A DNA stretch of 64,000 nucleotides from Nageia nagi (Eukaryota; Plantae; Pinophyta), in contig JBITNC010000001.1 in the NCBI GenBank assembly GCA_050084985.1, positions 49,414,001-49,478,000 of the forward strand, given 5' to 3'. Each line of letters starts with the position of its first letter. Positions within the stretch are counted from its first letter, which is position 1. Below are positions 27,251 to 42,000 of this stretch, in pieces. The notes under the pieces were generated by a model that searched no databases, had not been told where the DNA came from, and was given only the letters and a program-made list of their open reading frames with translations. The position numbers and the translations under genes were made by a program.

Positions 27251-30200
27251 CACCTCTCTCTCGGATTTTCATTCCGAGCAATTTTGGAAAAAACTCAATT
27301 TTCGAACTCAAATCAAAGCTTTTCGGAGGTCAAAATGCTCATTTCTTGATCCTAGCCCACAAGGGATTTCAAACTTTTTTTCCTCATTCATCCTAGGCTA
27401 TATTGTACATTTCTAACCTTATCCATCTTTTATAAGCCCAAACGGTGCATTTCCAGCCATTTTCAGGCTCTAAGTATGAATTTCGACCATTTTTGGCTTT
27501 TACGAACATTTCCAAGCTCGAATGATAAAAAAATGATCTTTTCTAACATTTTTGATATTTTGAGCTCAAAGTCTATATTTTCGGACTCAAGATATGCAAA
27601 AATGCTCATTTCTAATCTTTCCGAGCATTTTTGAGCACTTTGAGCTCAAACTTGCATTTTTGGCCATTTTCAAGCTTTTCGAGTTCAAATCGTGCAAAAA
27701 CACACATTTTCAGCATAGTGACCACTTTCAGGCTCAAAATTGACCAAAAAGCACTTTTCCATGCTACTGACCATTTTCTAGCTCCCCGAGCTCAAAATTG
27801 ACAAAAATGCACTTTTTGGTTGTAGATGCCCTTTCTGAGCTCAATTTGTGCAAAAATGCACATTTTCTTCATCTTAACTATATCCACTACTCCCAAGCTC
27901 AAAGTCGATGAAAAATGCACTTTTTTCATCTTGGCGCCTTTGTTGCTCAACTTTGCCAAAACGACACCTTTTCTGCCCTGATGGCCATTCACTTAAAACT
28001 CCACTGTCTGGTTGTTGTTGCAATCCAAAACTCCATCCTTTGAGACACTGCTCGAAATCGAGCCTTGACTTGGCCACTAGCTGAGCTGAACTGTTTCCAT
28101 GACATTGAAGCATGCTTATGCATTGTTTGATCAATTCGCCATTCTAGGTGTCCATATCGGTCGTAAGTTGATCATGCCTAGGCAATGTTGCTCATTGTCG
28201 TTTGTAAAAATTAGGTCCCCAAAATGCTGCATCTTGGGGTGTGTTGTGCGGGCACAATAGGTACTTACAATTTCTTGTAGTACTTACTTTCTTTGTCAAT
28301 CTTTTTTCCAAAAGACTTCAAATAACTCTCAAATGAAATTGCTTGTCTAAATTCATTGCTCTTTGCTTGGTATTGTATGAAGTAGGCGTCCATCCCATCG
28401 CTTGGAATTGCATTCCTTTCTTGCTCTTGCAAAAACATAGGTGATGGCCAAGTGTCAACCTTCTTTATGACTTTATTCTCTTGTTCATGCATGATTGACT
28501 TTGATACTTCTTAATGGAGTTGACAAAACTCATCTATTTTGTTAACCATGTTAGAAAATTGACCATGGACTTTCAACTGTTCTTGTGGAATAGCCATATC
28601 TCCAAAACCCTCACAAGTTGGCAGGATTTAAAGCTCTGATACCACTATAATGTACCTTTCTAAAACATGCACAACTTCTTAACACGATTCTGCATTCGTT
28701 CACAAATTACGGCACAATAGTAAATGCTCATTAACCATTTGTTGGGAAAGAAATCTTTCCTCTTACTTGGCGATCACCAAAGACAATCAAGATCGAAAAG
28801 CAACCCAATATTTAGGTGAGAACGTGTTACTGAACACCTCTTGTAAGGAATCATACCCCAAGGTTTCTATCAGGAGCTCATCTCGTTAATACGAGCTTAA
28901 CTTGTGTAGGTCTTGTTTGGGAATCAGCTGAGTGGTGTAGTAGAGGTAATAACTATTAACTCACATTTTTTATAGGGACTGAGGTGTCTATCTTGCAATA
29001 GTTCGAAAGTTGTTAAAATTTTAAAGAAAGTGTAAAATAAAGAAAATAAAAGTAAGAATTGATGGATTGAACTTTCAAGAACTCAATTCTAGACTACCAA
29101 GATCTCTTGTAAGCTCACTCAAACAACAATTTACTCAAAGCATATCAATCTCAAAAATTGACACAAGATATAAAGTGGTTCCTCCAACTAGGAGTACATC
29201 CACTCTCTAAGATCTTTCTTCATTCACAAAGATAACTCTCTTACAAAACCTTTTTCTACATCTCCTAATCACTATCTTAGAGCATAACTTTGCTTTACAA
29301 TTTGGTGAGTGATCACAAAGAGAGGCCTTCTATTTATAGGCCAAAATCCCCTTTTAACCATTGTACAAAGGCATGACATGTTACACCTTTTTACTCAAGG
29401 GGCATGCTCATGAGATGGAATGTAAGAAAAGTTACATTATCATATTCACTTAAATACTTAAGGTATCTAGGGATATCTTTAAGTATTAGTGAATTTACAA
29501 AGAGGAACATTATAAAATCTTACAATAATGCATTATACATTCCAACACTCCCCCTTAATGCAATATTGGGATAAAGTGAAGAAGAGAAAAGAAAGAGAGA
29601 GAGAGTTCTCCTTCATACAAATACAACTAGAGATGGAAACTTTTACATATTTGTGAAGTAAGAAATATCTTAGTTTGAAACTCACTACTTAACCATTCTA
29701 ACAAAAGGTTTACAATACAATCATTAACCATAACTGGTTTCAATATAAATAAAGTAGTCATCCAACTAGAAGTTGACATGATCCCTTCATGAGCCTGCAC
29801 ACTTGAAGTAATCTGCAAGCTACAGGCAACTCCAACAATAAGACCAATTAAATGAAACATATACACATTCATATCAACAAGATAAATGAATCAAATAATG
29901 CCATCAGAAATTGATCAATGGTGCACTATAAGTCATCATGAAGATGCCAAGCCAATACTCATAGTTACTTGCTATATACAAAACATGTGTTGATTATCAT
30001 TACAAAATAGAGCATAAAATGTACATACAAGTTTCTCACACATAGATAACTGAACAGTGCCAAAAAATACATATGGGTTCCTCACATATGGATAACTCAA
30101 TAGTGCAAAAGATGGCCAATAAAATGCTCAAAACATTTGTACAATAAGTTTCTCATGCAAAGCGAACTTACCATGAAGGTGTACAACAAAATCAACATTA

Positions 30201-30264
30201 TACAACAAAACCAATCCTTCTTGGAGTGAAGTTGTCATCACAAACATGAATTCAACACAAAAAT

Positions 30265-33200
30265 TCAAACTTCACTACCCCTTGAGGGCAACTTCACCAA
30301 CCCGATAACATCCCTAAGCTTACTGAATTGAGTTTCAAGAAGGGGTTTGGTGAACAAATTAGCAAAGTTCAAGGTGGATGGACAATACTCCAAGTGAAAA
30401 ATGTCATTAAGAACTTTCTTTCTGATGAAATGAACTTGGATTTCCACATGTTTTGTTCTTTGATGAAACATAGAATTCTAAGCCAAAGAAATAGCCCACT
30501 GATTATCTGAAGAAATTAGAGAGGGTTGACTTGCTTGTATCCAATTTCTTTCAAAAGAAACTTAAGCCAAATAACTTCCTAGGCCACAACAAACATGGCT
30601 CGGTATTCGGCTTCTGTGATGGAAATAGAAACAATAGGCTACTTCTTGGAAGCCCAAGAGATAGCATTTGAACCAATGCTAAACACATATGCAGAGATTG
30701 ATTTTCTGTCATCTCTATCTCCCCCATAGTCAGAATTTGATAACCCTGAGAGAACAAACGAGAGCAGCTTGGAATACTTGAGAGCAAAATCCTTTGTCCT
30801 TGCAACATATCTCATAATTAGTTTAACAACATTGAGGTGTTCTACATAAATCGAGCCATCAGATTCACTGCAAAAGCAATATCTGCCTAGAAATAGTCAA
30901 ATAAAGAAGATTGCCAATTAATTACCTGTAAGTTGTAGCATCTACCAACTGAGAGTTAGAGCTAAGGGATAGTGATTCTAGGAGAGACTAGGATCGCAGC
31001 ATGTCTACACTCCATTCCAAACTTTTACAAGATGCCTAATATATACTTGAATTGACTAAGATAAGTACAATCTTTGTATTGGTATACTTGCATTCCAAGG
31101 TAGTAGTGAAAGAGACCAAGATCAGTCATTTCAAGCGTTGCCTTAAGTTTGAATATGCACTCTTGAATGATTTCATCATTGTTCCCAGTTATCATAAGAT
31201 CATCCACATAAAAGAGAATCAAGAACACATCTTTTCTCTGATTGAGTACATATAGATCAAAGTTGGAGAAATACTTGGCGAATACAATGTTTGCAAAGTA
31301 TCCTGAAATCTTCTTGTACCAGGCTCTAGGTGTTTGCTTTAGTCCATACAAAGACTTCTTTAGTTTGCATACAAATGACTCTTTTCCTTTCACAATAAAC
31401 CCTTCTGGTTGATTCATGTAAATTTCCACATCTAGATCACCATTGAGAAATGCACTTTTGACGTCAAGTTGAAAAACTTTCCATCTCTGAGCTGCTAAAA
31501 GAGCAAGGATTATTCTGACAGTAGGCATCTTTGCCAAAAGAGCAAATGTTTCCTCATAATCGACTCTGTATTTTTGAACAAAACCTTTGGCCACTAACCT
31601 TTCCTTGTATTTTTCAATATCTCCAACTGAATTGTACTTAACCTTATAGATCCACTTATTGCCAATCACATTCTTTTCATTGGGATAAGAAACTAAGTCC
31701 CAAGTTTCATTTTTCATAAACACTTCATATTCCACTTTCATGGCTTTCATCCAGCACTCGTGCTTTGAAGCTTTTTTGAATGATGAGGGCTCATTCTTGT
31801 TATCAATTTTGACAAATAAAGATTTATTCAAGGTCATACTCCTTGTTATCCTTTGTGTTGGAGAATTTTTCTCTTAGGGTGACTTATCTACATCAATATC
31901 CAACCAATTAGGTGCAACTAATGAGTCATCTAGATCATCAACATCCTCATTAGAAAGAGATTCTTCAAAAAGTTCATTGAACTTTACATCTCTTAATACA
32001 AACATTGCTCTGTAGGATGGAGAGTAGAGCCTGTATCCTCTATGCTGACTATCATAATTCATAAAGATGCATTTTTTAGCTCTTTTGTCCAATTTTTTCC
32101 TTTTCTTAGAGACAATATAGGAGAATGCTTCACAACTAAACACCCTAAAGTGAGAAATGTTAAGTTTTAGTCCTTTCCATGCCTCAAAAGGAGTTTTACC
32201 TGCAATGGCTTATGTGAGACACCTATTCAAGGTGTAAATTGCAATGCTTACAGCTTCACCCCATAAGAAACTAGGAAGATTTCCCAACATGCATCTAGAC
32301 ATCTCCATAATTGTTTTTGTTTTTCCTTTTGGCAACATCGTTTTGCTGAGGAGTGTAAGGAATTGTAAACTATAGTACAAAAAATATTGAACTCATTATT
32401 ATTATATTTTCCTCCATTATCTGATCTTAGCATCTTGATTTTAAGGTTAGTCTGGTTTTCAATTAAGGCCTTGAAATCTTTAAAACTCTCAAAGTTTTGA
32501 TCCTTGTGCTCAAGTAGATAGCCAAATGTCATCCTACTGAAGTCATCAATGAAGGTCAAGACATAAGATGCTCCCTCAAATGACTTAGTCTGAAATGGAC
32601 CCATCAAATCTAAATGCACAAGCTGAAAAGGATGAGATGCCCTTGTTGCCTTATCTTTTTCAAACCTTTGTCTATTCATCTTGCCTAGGATGCACTTCTC
32701 ACACAAACCAATTGAAGGTGAAATTGAAGGCAAACCTTCCACAAGTTCTTGGTCTTTCATGACTTGAATACTCTTACGGATAAGGTGCCTTAAACGTTAG
32801 TGCCAAAGATTATCTCTAAAGCACACATTCGTAGTAAGACACATCTTTGTTGGAACTTGATCCATAATGTAATGATCATCTTTCATTGATCCTTTAACCA
32901 ACATGGCAAGTCCCTTCTTAATGCACCAAGAATGTGAGTCGAACTCAAATGAGTACCCTTTTCTTGCAACTTGAATCATAGAGAGAAGGTTCATCTTGAT
33001 CTTAGGAAAATAGAACACATTATCAAAAACCTTCCCATGAATCAACACACTCTCAATTCTTTGGACTTCAAGGATTGAATTATCACCTACCACAACTGCA
33101 TTTTTTCTATACTTATGAAAATTTTCAAACTTATTATTTTCAAAGCATAGGTGATTAGTGCACCCAAAGTCAACAATCCAATCAGTAGAAAAAGTGTGAG

Positions 33201-34062
33201 TCATGGAGTAGAGTCTACCAACAACTCCAACTTTTATATTCTTCTTCCCTTTGAAGTTATTTACATTTTCATTACTCTTGTTCTTTTCTTTTCTTTTCTT
33301 TTTGTAGCAATCAAATTCTTTAACTATGGATGCCACAAAAGTTATATTTTCCATCAAACTTTTCCTTGGAATTTGATTTGTTTGCCTTGCCTTTTTCATC
33401 TCTTTGCTTGAAGTAGTTGTTGTTCTTGTTTTTGCCCCTTTTCTCAAACTTGTTGGAAGAGTGTCCTTTGGAGAAGAGATCAACACCTTTTTGTTAAGAG
33501 TTTCCTTGTGTTTCAGAAGAAGCCTAGAAAGATTCTCAAGAGAGAAAATTTCTTCATCAAGCCTAATCTCAATTACAGTCACAAAGTTCCTAAACTTTGA
33601 AGAAAGGCTTTGGAGAATGATGAAGACCATGAACTCATCATTGATCCAGTTGCACCCACAAACAACAAGTTGAGTTCTAAGGTCAATGATTTTGTTCAAG
33701 TAGATGGCAACATTTTCGTCTTCCCCTTGACGAGATTGAAGCAACTTTTGGAGAATAGTGAACCTTCTTGAAAATTTAGATCCAAGGTAAATTTTCTTGA
33801 CCCTATCCTAAGCTTTCTTTGTTGAGGTTGATGACAAAATCATAAGGAGCACTTCATCTGAGACTGCACGAAAAATCATGGAGGTTGCCAACTTTTCTTC
33901 GTGTTGTATGCCTCAAGTGCCTTCTCATCTGTAGGAACAACTAGGTTTTCATTAATTGTCTGTCAAAGCTTCCTTGCCTGGAATTCAGCTTTCATCCGAG
34001 GTTCTCAAATACCAAAGTTGGAACCATCAAGAATGTGCTTGGGTAAGAAGGTGTCTCCCATT
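30265..34062 (-). pseudogene. Copia gag-pol, degenerate
   Basis: gag (LDGSNFGIW), protease (WIVDFGCTNH), integrase (LVHLDLMGP, FIDDFSR, LRSDNGG), RT (QLDVKSAFLNG, LYGLKQ, YVDD), RNase H (RTKHVEIQVHFIR). Frameshifts and stops present. Confidence 0.95.
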
Positions 34063-37000
34063 TGCTACACAAGAATGAGAAAAGTAAGCATGTGGTTTAA
34101 AAAACATTACATGTTTAGTTTCAAACATTCATATATGTTTTAGATTTATTCAAATCAACCATAATAAGTTTTATTAAAGGGACATGCTTAACAAAATTCA
34201 CATGTGCAAATGTTTACAATAGAAACTCATAATACAACCCATGTATCCAACACTTTCTCATCATAAAGTACCATAGATGTAGAAGGATATTGTTGAGGCA
34301 TGTTTTCTTATCTAAAATTAAGCTTTCACCTGGATGCCCGCAAGGTGGAGCCCAGGTCCTACCCCTCGATCAGTTCGCCTTGGGCAGTAATTTACTCTCA
34401 CAAGGAATACTAACTATTTTCCAAGGTTGTGATGTATGTTGGATCGGCCAAATTATTAATTTTGATTAGGTTTCAAATTGTCCTCTAAGTTATCAGAATA
34501 ATCTCTGAATGGATGTGCGGGCATGTGGTATCACTACACACATGTATGTCCACCTATTGGAGTTATTTCCAAACCAACAGAGGAGTTAGGGGCAATAAAA
34601 AATACGAACTTTTCACCATTTACATCGTTGTACTAAAAGCTCCAGTATACCTTGTCCTCACCTTGTGGCTCCCCAAACAAGTCATGTTGGAGAATATACA
34701 TGCGGATGTGTTTATTTTAGAGGGTTGCACATTCAATATTTGCGATTTTTACATAAATAAATAAAGCAAATATGCAAAACATAAAGTAAAGTGTGTAAAA
34801 AATGAAAAACATCATCTATCAATAACTTGAAACCTAAGAGTCCAATGGGTTTTGTTTACTAACCCCTAAAGGACATCTTTACATAATTTCATATTTTCAA
34901 CAAGTTCATAACTTTGTATAAGGAATTTATCAAAAAAAATACTTGAAGAGGCATAAAAGATTCTAAGTAATAAACTGTAATGTCCCAAAAATAAATATTT
35001 TTGTAAATGTCTCCTATACTTAAATATAAAAGTGAAAAAAGGGGTTCATGCGACTAGGAGACATAACTTGAGTTGTGTTTATTTATGTTTTATGTTTTTA
35101 TGTTGGAATAGAGCACTTTAAGTGATTTTAGGGTTGGAAGATGTCAACTCCAAATTAGAACCTCATCATATAAAAGGAAGTGAGCATCCCATTTTAGGCA
35201 TGTTATGTTGATATCATAATCCCTAGAGTTTCCATGAGTTGAGATTGCAAGTCTTGCTCATTCCCATAGTGCATTGGAGGTGCATGGTTGGGGTCTTGGC
35301 AATATCATTGAAGGTGTTGTTGCCCTAAAATATCAAAAATACAAAAAAAGGCATATGTGAGTAGTTTGTGGCATTTTTGGTGAAGGGATTCACTCAGTTT
35401 GGGAAGTTCGTGGCATTTTTGGGAGTGTTTGTGACGTGTTTCAAACCTGTTGGCAGCCCCACACCCTATGCTTGTATTTGGGGTCAATTTTGGGTGTTTT
35501 TGCATCAGTTCAGCCTTGGGGTCATTTCGTCCAACTTGTTGGAGTTTACATCTGCATTTTTGAGTTCCTTGGAGACTCCATTTGTTCATTCCAGCTATTG
35601 TATTGGTTTGGCAATATTTAATATATGATACTGGCTGATTTCTCCTCATACTTGTGTTATTTTATAAGCAATTTCTAAGTTGTTTTATTGTTGTAATATA
35701 TCTCTACATTTTTATGTTGAGGGTTTGCTAGAGAAAAAAGGTCATGAATGCAAAGGAGGTATGAAAATCATTGAATTACATTCTAATTCTGATTCTGATA
35801 ATTCTAATTTTTATGAGGCAGATGAGACACCTTTGGAAGAGGAAGCACAAAGGGAGTATGAGGAAGTTCCTGAAGGTTCCCTAGCCACTTTGAGTGGGCT
35901 GAATCAGTTTCGCACTATTAAAGTACCGGGTAGATCTTTTGATGAATAGATTATTGTTTTAATAGATGGTGGTGCTACTTACAATTTTGTTGATAAGCAG
36001 TTTTCCAATAGAAAGTATCTTCCTACAGCTATCATTCCTGGTTTCAATGTTGCTATTGGCAATGGTGATCTTATCACATGCAACAAGGTGGTAAGAAACA
36101 TAAAAATTAATTTTAGCAACATGGAAGTAGATGAGCAATTCGTTGTTTTTCCCTTAGGAGGTATTCCACATATGGTTTTGGGTGTGTAATGGTTGTATTC
36201 ACTTGATGATTATGTTACTAATTATCAAAAATTAGAACTGAAATTTGTGCTTGAAGGGAAAGATGTGGTGTTGCAAGGAATCAAGAAAAATGGGACAAAA
36301 GATTCTTGCAAAATTGACTTATTGCATAGAGACATTGAGTGGGCAGTTGGAACTTTCAGTACAAAAGGAAAAAATCAGCCACCTATCATCCTCAAATTCA
36401 AGGTTTGCTACAAAAACATCTTAAGGTATTTTCCGACCTACCTAAAGGTTTGCCACCTAGTAGAGGTTTTCAGCATGTTATTGAATTGGAAGCAAGTAGT
36501 AAACCTGTTATATAATAAAACCTTATAGGCATCCAAAGATTTTTAAAGATGAAATTGAGAAAACAATAGCTGGATTGTTTGAGAGTGGACACATTAGACC
36601 TAGTTGTAGTCCTCTTGCTTCACCTATTGTTTTAAAGGAAAAGAAGGATAGAACTACGAGAATGTGCATTGATTATAGGGAATTGAATAAAAGACCATAA
36701 AAAATAGATATCTATTCCTAGAGTTGATGAATTGATAGATGACTTACATGGGACTATGTATTTTTTAAAAATTGATCTTAGATCAGGATATTATCAAATT
36801 TGTATAAGGGATGAGGATGTGTATAAAATAGCATTTAGATGCCATTGTGGACACTATGAGTTTATGGTTATGCCTTTTGGATTGACTAATGCACCTGCCA
36901 CTTTTCAATCAGCCATGAATCAAATTTTCAATCAGCATTTGAGGTGCTTTGTCTTGGTATTTTTTGATGACATTTTGGTATATAGCAAAAATTGGGATGA

Positions 37001-39081
37001 TAATCTAAATTGGGAATTGGGAAATTGGGATGATCATCCTAATTTTTCTGTTGCTTTTACTATTGCTTGTGATGCTTTAGGTGCGGGAGTTGGAGCTGTA
37101 CTTATGCAACAAGGATGCCCCATGGCCTATGAGAGTAGAAAGCTCTAAAATGTGGAGAAAACTTTCAGCATCTACAATTAAGAGATACTAGCTATCATGC
37201 ATGCCTTGACCAAATTCAAGCAATACTTGGTGTGTGGCAAGTTTGTGTTCAAAACTGATCATAATAGTTTGAAATATTTCTTGGGGAAAGCTGAACTAAA
37301 TGAAAGGCAGCAAAAATGGGTAACAAAGTTGAAATCATATGATTTTGAAATTGAATTTGTAAAGGGTAAGAAGAATTCAGCTGCTGATGCACTTTCTAGG
37401 CATCCTACTTTTCATTCTCTTTCCATTATTTTTATTGATTGGAAAGTGAAAATTATGGCTGAATATGTGAAGAATGATTTTTGTTCTAAACTAATAAATG
37501 GGCAAGTTGAAGATGATAGGTTCAGCCATAAAGGACTGATTTTTTGCAAAGGAAGAGTGTTTTTAGTACCTGAATCAAAGCTGAAATAAGCTTTAATTAC
37601 AGCCATGCATGATGCTACACTTGTATGCCATCCAGGTTTCTACAAGACTTACAAACAAGTTAGAGAAAGATTCTATTGGAAAGGTTTGAAAAGGATGTTT
37701 TCTTGCATGTTTAATAATGTGTTATTTGCCAAGAAAACAAGGGAGAACATAAATTTTCAGTTGGTTTACTTCAGCCACTTCCTATTCCCAATCAAAAATG
37801 GGAAAGTATATGTCGGGATGCTTTTCTTTCTCGAGCAGGACACTCTAAATATCTTGCACAAAACTTAGGAGATCCCAAGCAACATAGTTGGGAATGCGTT
37901 ACCAATTCCCCCAGTTGAAAAGGATTGTGTACCTCCAAGGCTCTTGTTGAAACACCCTACCCAGTGACCCCAAGTTGTGATGTTGTAAGGTATGTTCGCC
38001 AGGTGTATTTTCTGAATAGGGATAGATAAATAAAAGTGCAGTATCCCTCTTTGGAATCAGCCTCAATGGAATGGAATGAGAGGTATGTAATCTGTTAACC
38101 AATGATGTTTTATTCTTTGATGTATAGAGTTTATTCGGAATTTTTGTATGTGTACTTAATGATCATCTTTGGTATGAAAGCATAAATGCAATACTGTAAA
38201 AGATGGACAACACCTTGGAGAAAGAAAGAATACTTGGTTGGATATGAGGTTGAGGTTCACTAACGGGAAATTGTCTAAGAGTTAATCTCTTTCGAATCAA
38301 TTAAGGACTCTTCATCCAATTCATCCAACCTTGCAAGCAAACAACTTCACGTTCAAAATGCTTCAAAGAAGAGCGGGGAGGAATGCCAATTGTCGGTTCT
38401 CTACGAATAGGACCGATTCAATTGAATGAAAATGGAAGGTCTCAAAGTGAGTGGATCATGGTTTTGGATGAAAGACCTAACAAGATGTCATATAAGTAGA
38501 AACTGACATAAAATACCCAATCAACTTGCATGTTAAGGACCAAGCAACAAACATAAGTAGGCTTCAAGCACTTTTTAATGTTTTTCAAAGATAACTTCCC
38601 TAAAACTCGAGAGTTTTCAAAGGAATAAAATGAAAGTACACAAACCCACTATGAGTATCCTCAAAAAATCAATCCATAACATCAATATGAAAAGTGTCAA
38701 ACTCAAGTCTTTGCATTAACCACTTTGTATTTTCTTTGTAAAAGAGTTACATAAAAGTTTTCACAATTTTCTCCTTTTACAAAAAATTTGAACTTGCTCT
38801 CAAAATTTTAATTCCTTGAAAAGTTCCAAACTTGCAATCTCCATAAAAGTGACCCCATGGGGTCTATTTATAGAATTTCTAGGGTTCCCAAGTGTTGCTC
38901 TAATTCTATAAAAAAAATATTAAAATATTACATAGATGCCTCCTATGACTAAATCAGCTGCCTTTTGGTGCTGTACTTGCTAGGCTGACTAATCATGAGA
39001 GCAAGGTTAGTCGACTTTTGGTGCTCAACTTTCCTGGCTGACTAATTTATAAAATTTTTAAAATTTTTGAAAATAAAAAAA

Positions 39082-42000
39082 TTATGGTGGCTGATTTGCA
39101 GTTTGTACATGTGATGCGATGGTGGCCTCAAAGTTTGCGCCCATGAAGGTTTCTCTATTCTTGACTCCAATGTTGAGAATTTTCATTATCCCTTCATTGG
39201 CCAATAGATACGCAGTGATGGTTTTTGAAGTCTTCTTCATCTCGCTACACCATACTGCCATGTTGCTACCATATTTGAGCTGCTTGCCAGATTTGAGAAC
39301 ATTGATGTATTCAGTCTCGAGGTAAGTGGTAATCATCAAGTGGACCTCATCTATTACTATAGTGTAATCTTTGCTGCATCCATCTTCCTCAATCAATCTT
39401 AGATCAAACTGGTGTTCTGCTAGCTGTTTCCTCATGTCTACCTTAAAATTTGCTCGGACTTGGATGAAATCCTGACACTTTGAAATAGCATAGAATAGCC
39501 AATCATATTGGTAAAAGAATTGATGACAGTATTCTAGTAGTGATGGCATGCCAACAATCTTTCTTCTTAGCTCATGCATCACTTGATAATTATTGCCCCA
39601 CCTAGCAATTAGTTCATGGATCCTACCCTGTACGACGAACAATCCACTCTCTTCGATGAAAAAAATAGTTATTCCTAGGAATAACTCCTAAATGGATTCC
39701 TTGGTTTCTTTTATCCACTCTTGTTTGATCGCTTGAATCTCAGTATTCAAGGAAATTTGCTTCCTAATGTCTTCCACTATCAAGTTAGCAGCTTCGATAT
39801 CAACGGTCAACTTCTTCTTCTCGGCCTATTCTCTTTTCAGCTCCCTTAGCTCTACCTTCTATGATGTGTTCTCCTCTGTCAACGTTGCAACATTAGAAAC
39901 TATTGCATGTTGCCTGCCCAAAGTTTCGATTGCTTTACATAGCTCTTCTCGTGTTTCCACCACTAGTGCAAAGTCCCCAACAACATTTGTTTTTCTCTCT
40001 GCAGCAACAGTGTCAGTGACGATGGAGTTGTCCTTCATCAAGATGTAAGTGGCTATATGCTCAAATTCATTCTCTGAATCCTGATCGGTTTCAAGGTCAA
40101 CATGGGCTTCAGATGGGTGATATGCTCTTAAATTTTCAAGAGTGCCGCCATGTCGAAGTTGTAACCTGGTTTAGGACCAGCAACTATAGTCACTTGTCTC
40201 TCAGTGTTCCCTTGGTGTTCATCCTCTCTCCTTTTCTTCCTTTGGTCTTCATTTTCACCTTTATCCTCTTCATTTCCTCCATCCCCTCTTGATGAAGAAG
40301 TTATTCCCTTGGACATTGAAGTCCTTCTTGGAGCAAGTGGTGAGGTTTTCTTTGAGGTGGAGGTGTTTTTCTTGGTTTTCAAGGTGTAGAAGCCTGTGTA
40401 GAAGTGGGTTTTGTTGCTTGTGCAGGTTCTTCCATAGTAGGAGGATCTATGGTCGGTATCTCCTTGACTGATGAATCTAATTCATTTGATTCATCGCTTG
40501 AGATATAAGGTATTTTGGATATCTGATCATTTTCTAAATGCTCTCTCAAGAGGTCTCCTTCGTCAATCTCATATTCATCCTCGTTGTCACTAGAAGGAGG
40601 AGCAGGAGAACTAAGGCCAAAATGATATAATTGTCCATCTCGAGATGGACCTCTAGGAGGGACTTCCACTAGCTTCTTCAAGCATTTGTACAGGTGTGAA
40701 GTGCTACCAGTCTCTTTAGTTCTCTTTATCTCTTGTAATAATCTTTGTATGGTCTGATTAATAGTTTGCCCTAGTTGAACAATGAGTGTTGCATATTGAC
40801 CAGATTGCCCCTATGTCAAACTCATGGAAGGTGAAATTAGTGGTGGTTCATATGGAATCGGGGAATTCTTTTTAAGGAATATCGAAGGATGTATCTTGGC
40901 TACTGCATTCTCCTCTTGCAGATCTCTCTTCTTCTTGGTTATGGTCTACATGAGCTTCTCTTCTACTGCCAATTCCATGTTTATCTTGTTAATTTGCTTT
41001 GTATCATTTACATTTCTGTACCTTCCTAGCTTTCCTAAGGACTTGAGGGGGTAATCGGTTTGCCAGGTTTTCTTGAAAAATATGTTGATTACACTCTCGA
41101 GGTCATAGTACTCTACCGCCTATTCTACTGTGAAGCCGTAGTATGCCAATTCCGTCTTCATTGTTTTGACTTGATGCCAGGACGTGCATTTGTACTCCCC
41201 TATGCGGATGGGTAATTTGCAAGTGGTGGTACCTTTCTTACACTAGACTTTCTCTTGCAGGTATGACAAGTGTCTGCAAAGTTCCATCAGGATGAACTGG
41301 TCACTTGCGTAACGAGGAAGTCTATAAGGTGGTTAAATTGACCCATAGACCCTAATATATGTGGCATCTATTTCTTCAAGATAGAAATCTGCATGTCCTC
41401 GAAGAGCTTGGATTGTCTTTGATATTCTAGTCATATTAGCGATCCCCTTTATCTCTTCATATATTCAACATTCAAATCCATCATTCATCATTTTGAATTC
41501 ATCCCATCAGTTTTCTAATAGGAATCAAGGGTAACTCCGCCATACTGACATCTCTAGGTCAAATAGGTACTTGGTATCTGCAATGGTAGATCTTCTGTTC
41601 TTGCCATGTAAGAGCAGGAATACCAAATAAGAGCTTATGTAAAATCTTTTTGTTTCTACAAGTTTGGACAATTGTTGGGCCATGCAATCACTAATCACCT
41701 TACTCCATCTGATACCTTTGCCTCTGTTAATATGATGTATGAAGCCCACAAACTCCTTTCTGAATTGTTGGTCATTCTCTTGCCTTGTAATTCTACACAG
41801 CATGCTGATAATGGTAGAGATTGTAAGATAAAAGTCTATCCTCCTTGGTTGGCTTAAGGCCTTTGCCTTGTAATCTTTGCACTTGTCAACCGACCAATCT
41901 CTTATTAAGTTCCCTGATTTTGTCAGGTTGTTAAAGAATTTGACAGAATCCATCATACCAAATATGATTCCCTTATTGCTCCAAGCAAAAGCGCTCTCTA

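Larger units (their letters stand above)
16337..28259 (-). mobile_element. Giant-LTR family copy 1 (~8.0 kb without the hAT insert) carrying a long ORF
   Basis: Starts TGTTGGGATGC and ends GTGCGGGCACAATA. Perfect TSD GGTAC (16332-16336, 28260-28264). Interrupts a gag. 16337-17300 is closely similar to 37811-38780. Confidence 0.93.

Noticed and set aside
34320-34392. Hammerhead ribozyme (minus strand CTGATCGA...GAAA)
   Set aside because: The core has an extra base, stem II does not directly follow the core, and stems I and III are not evident.
35305-35649. ORFs within the chromovirus LTRs (also 47006-47276)
   Set aside because: Short, motif-less, and explained simply by LTR duplication.
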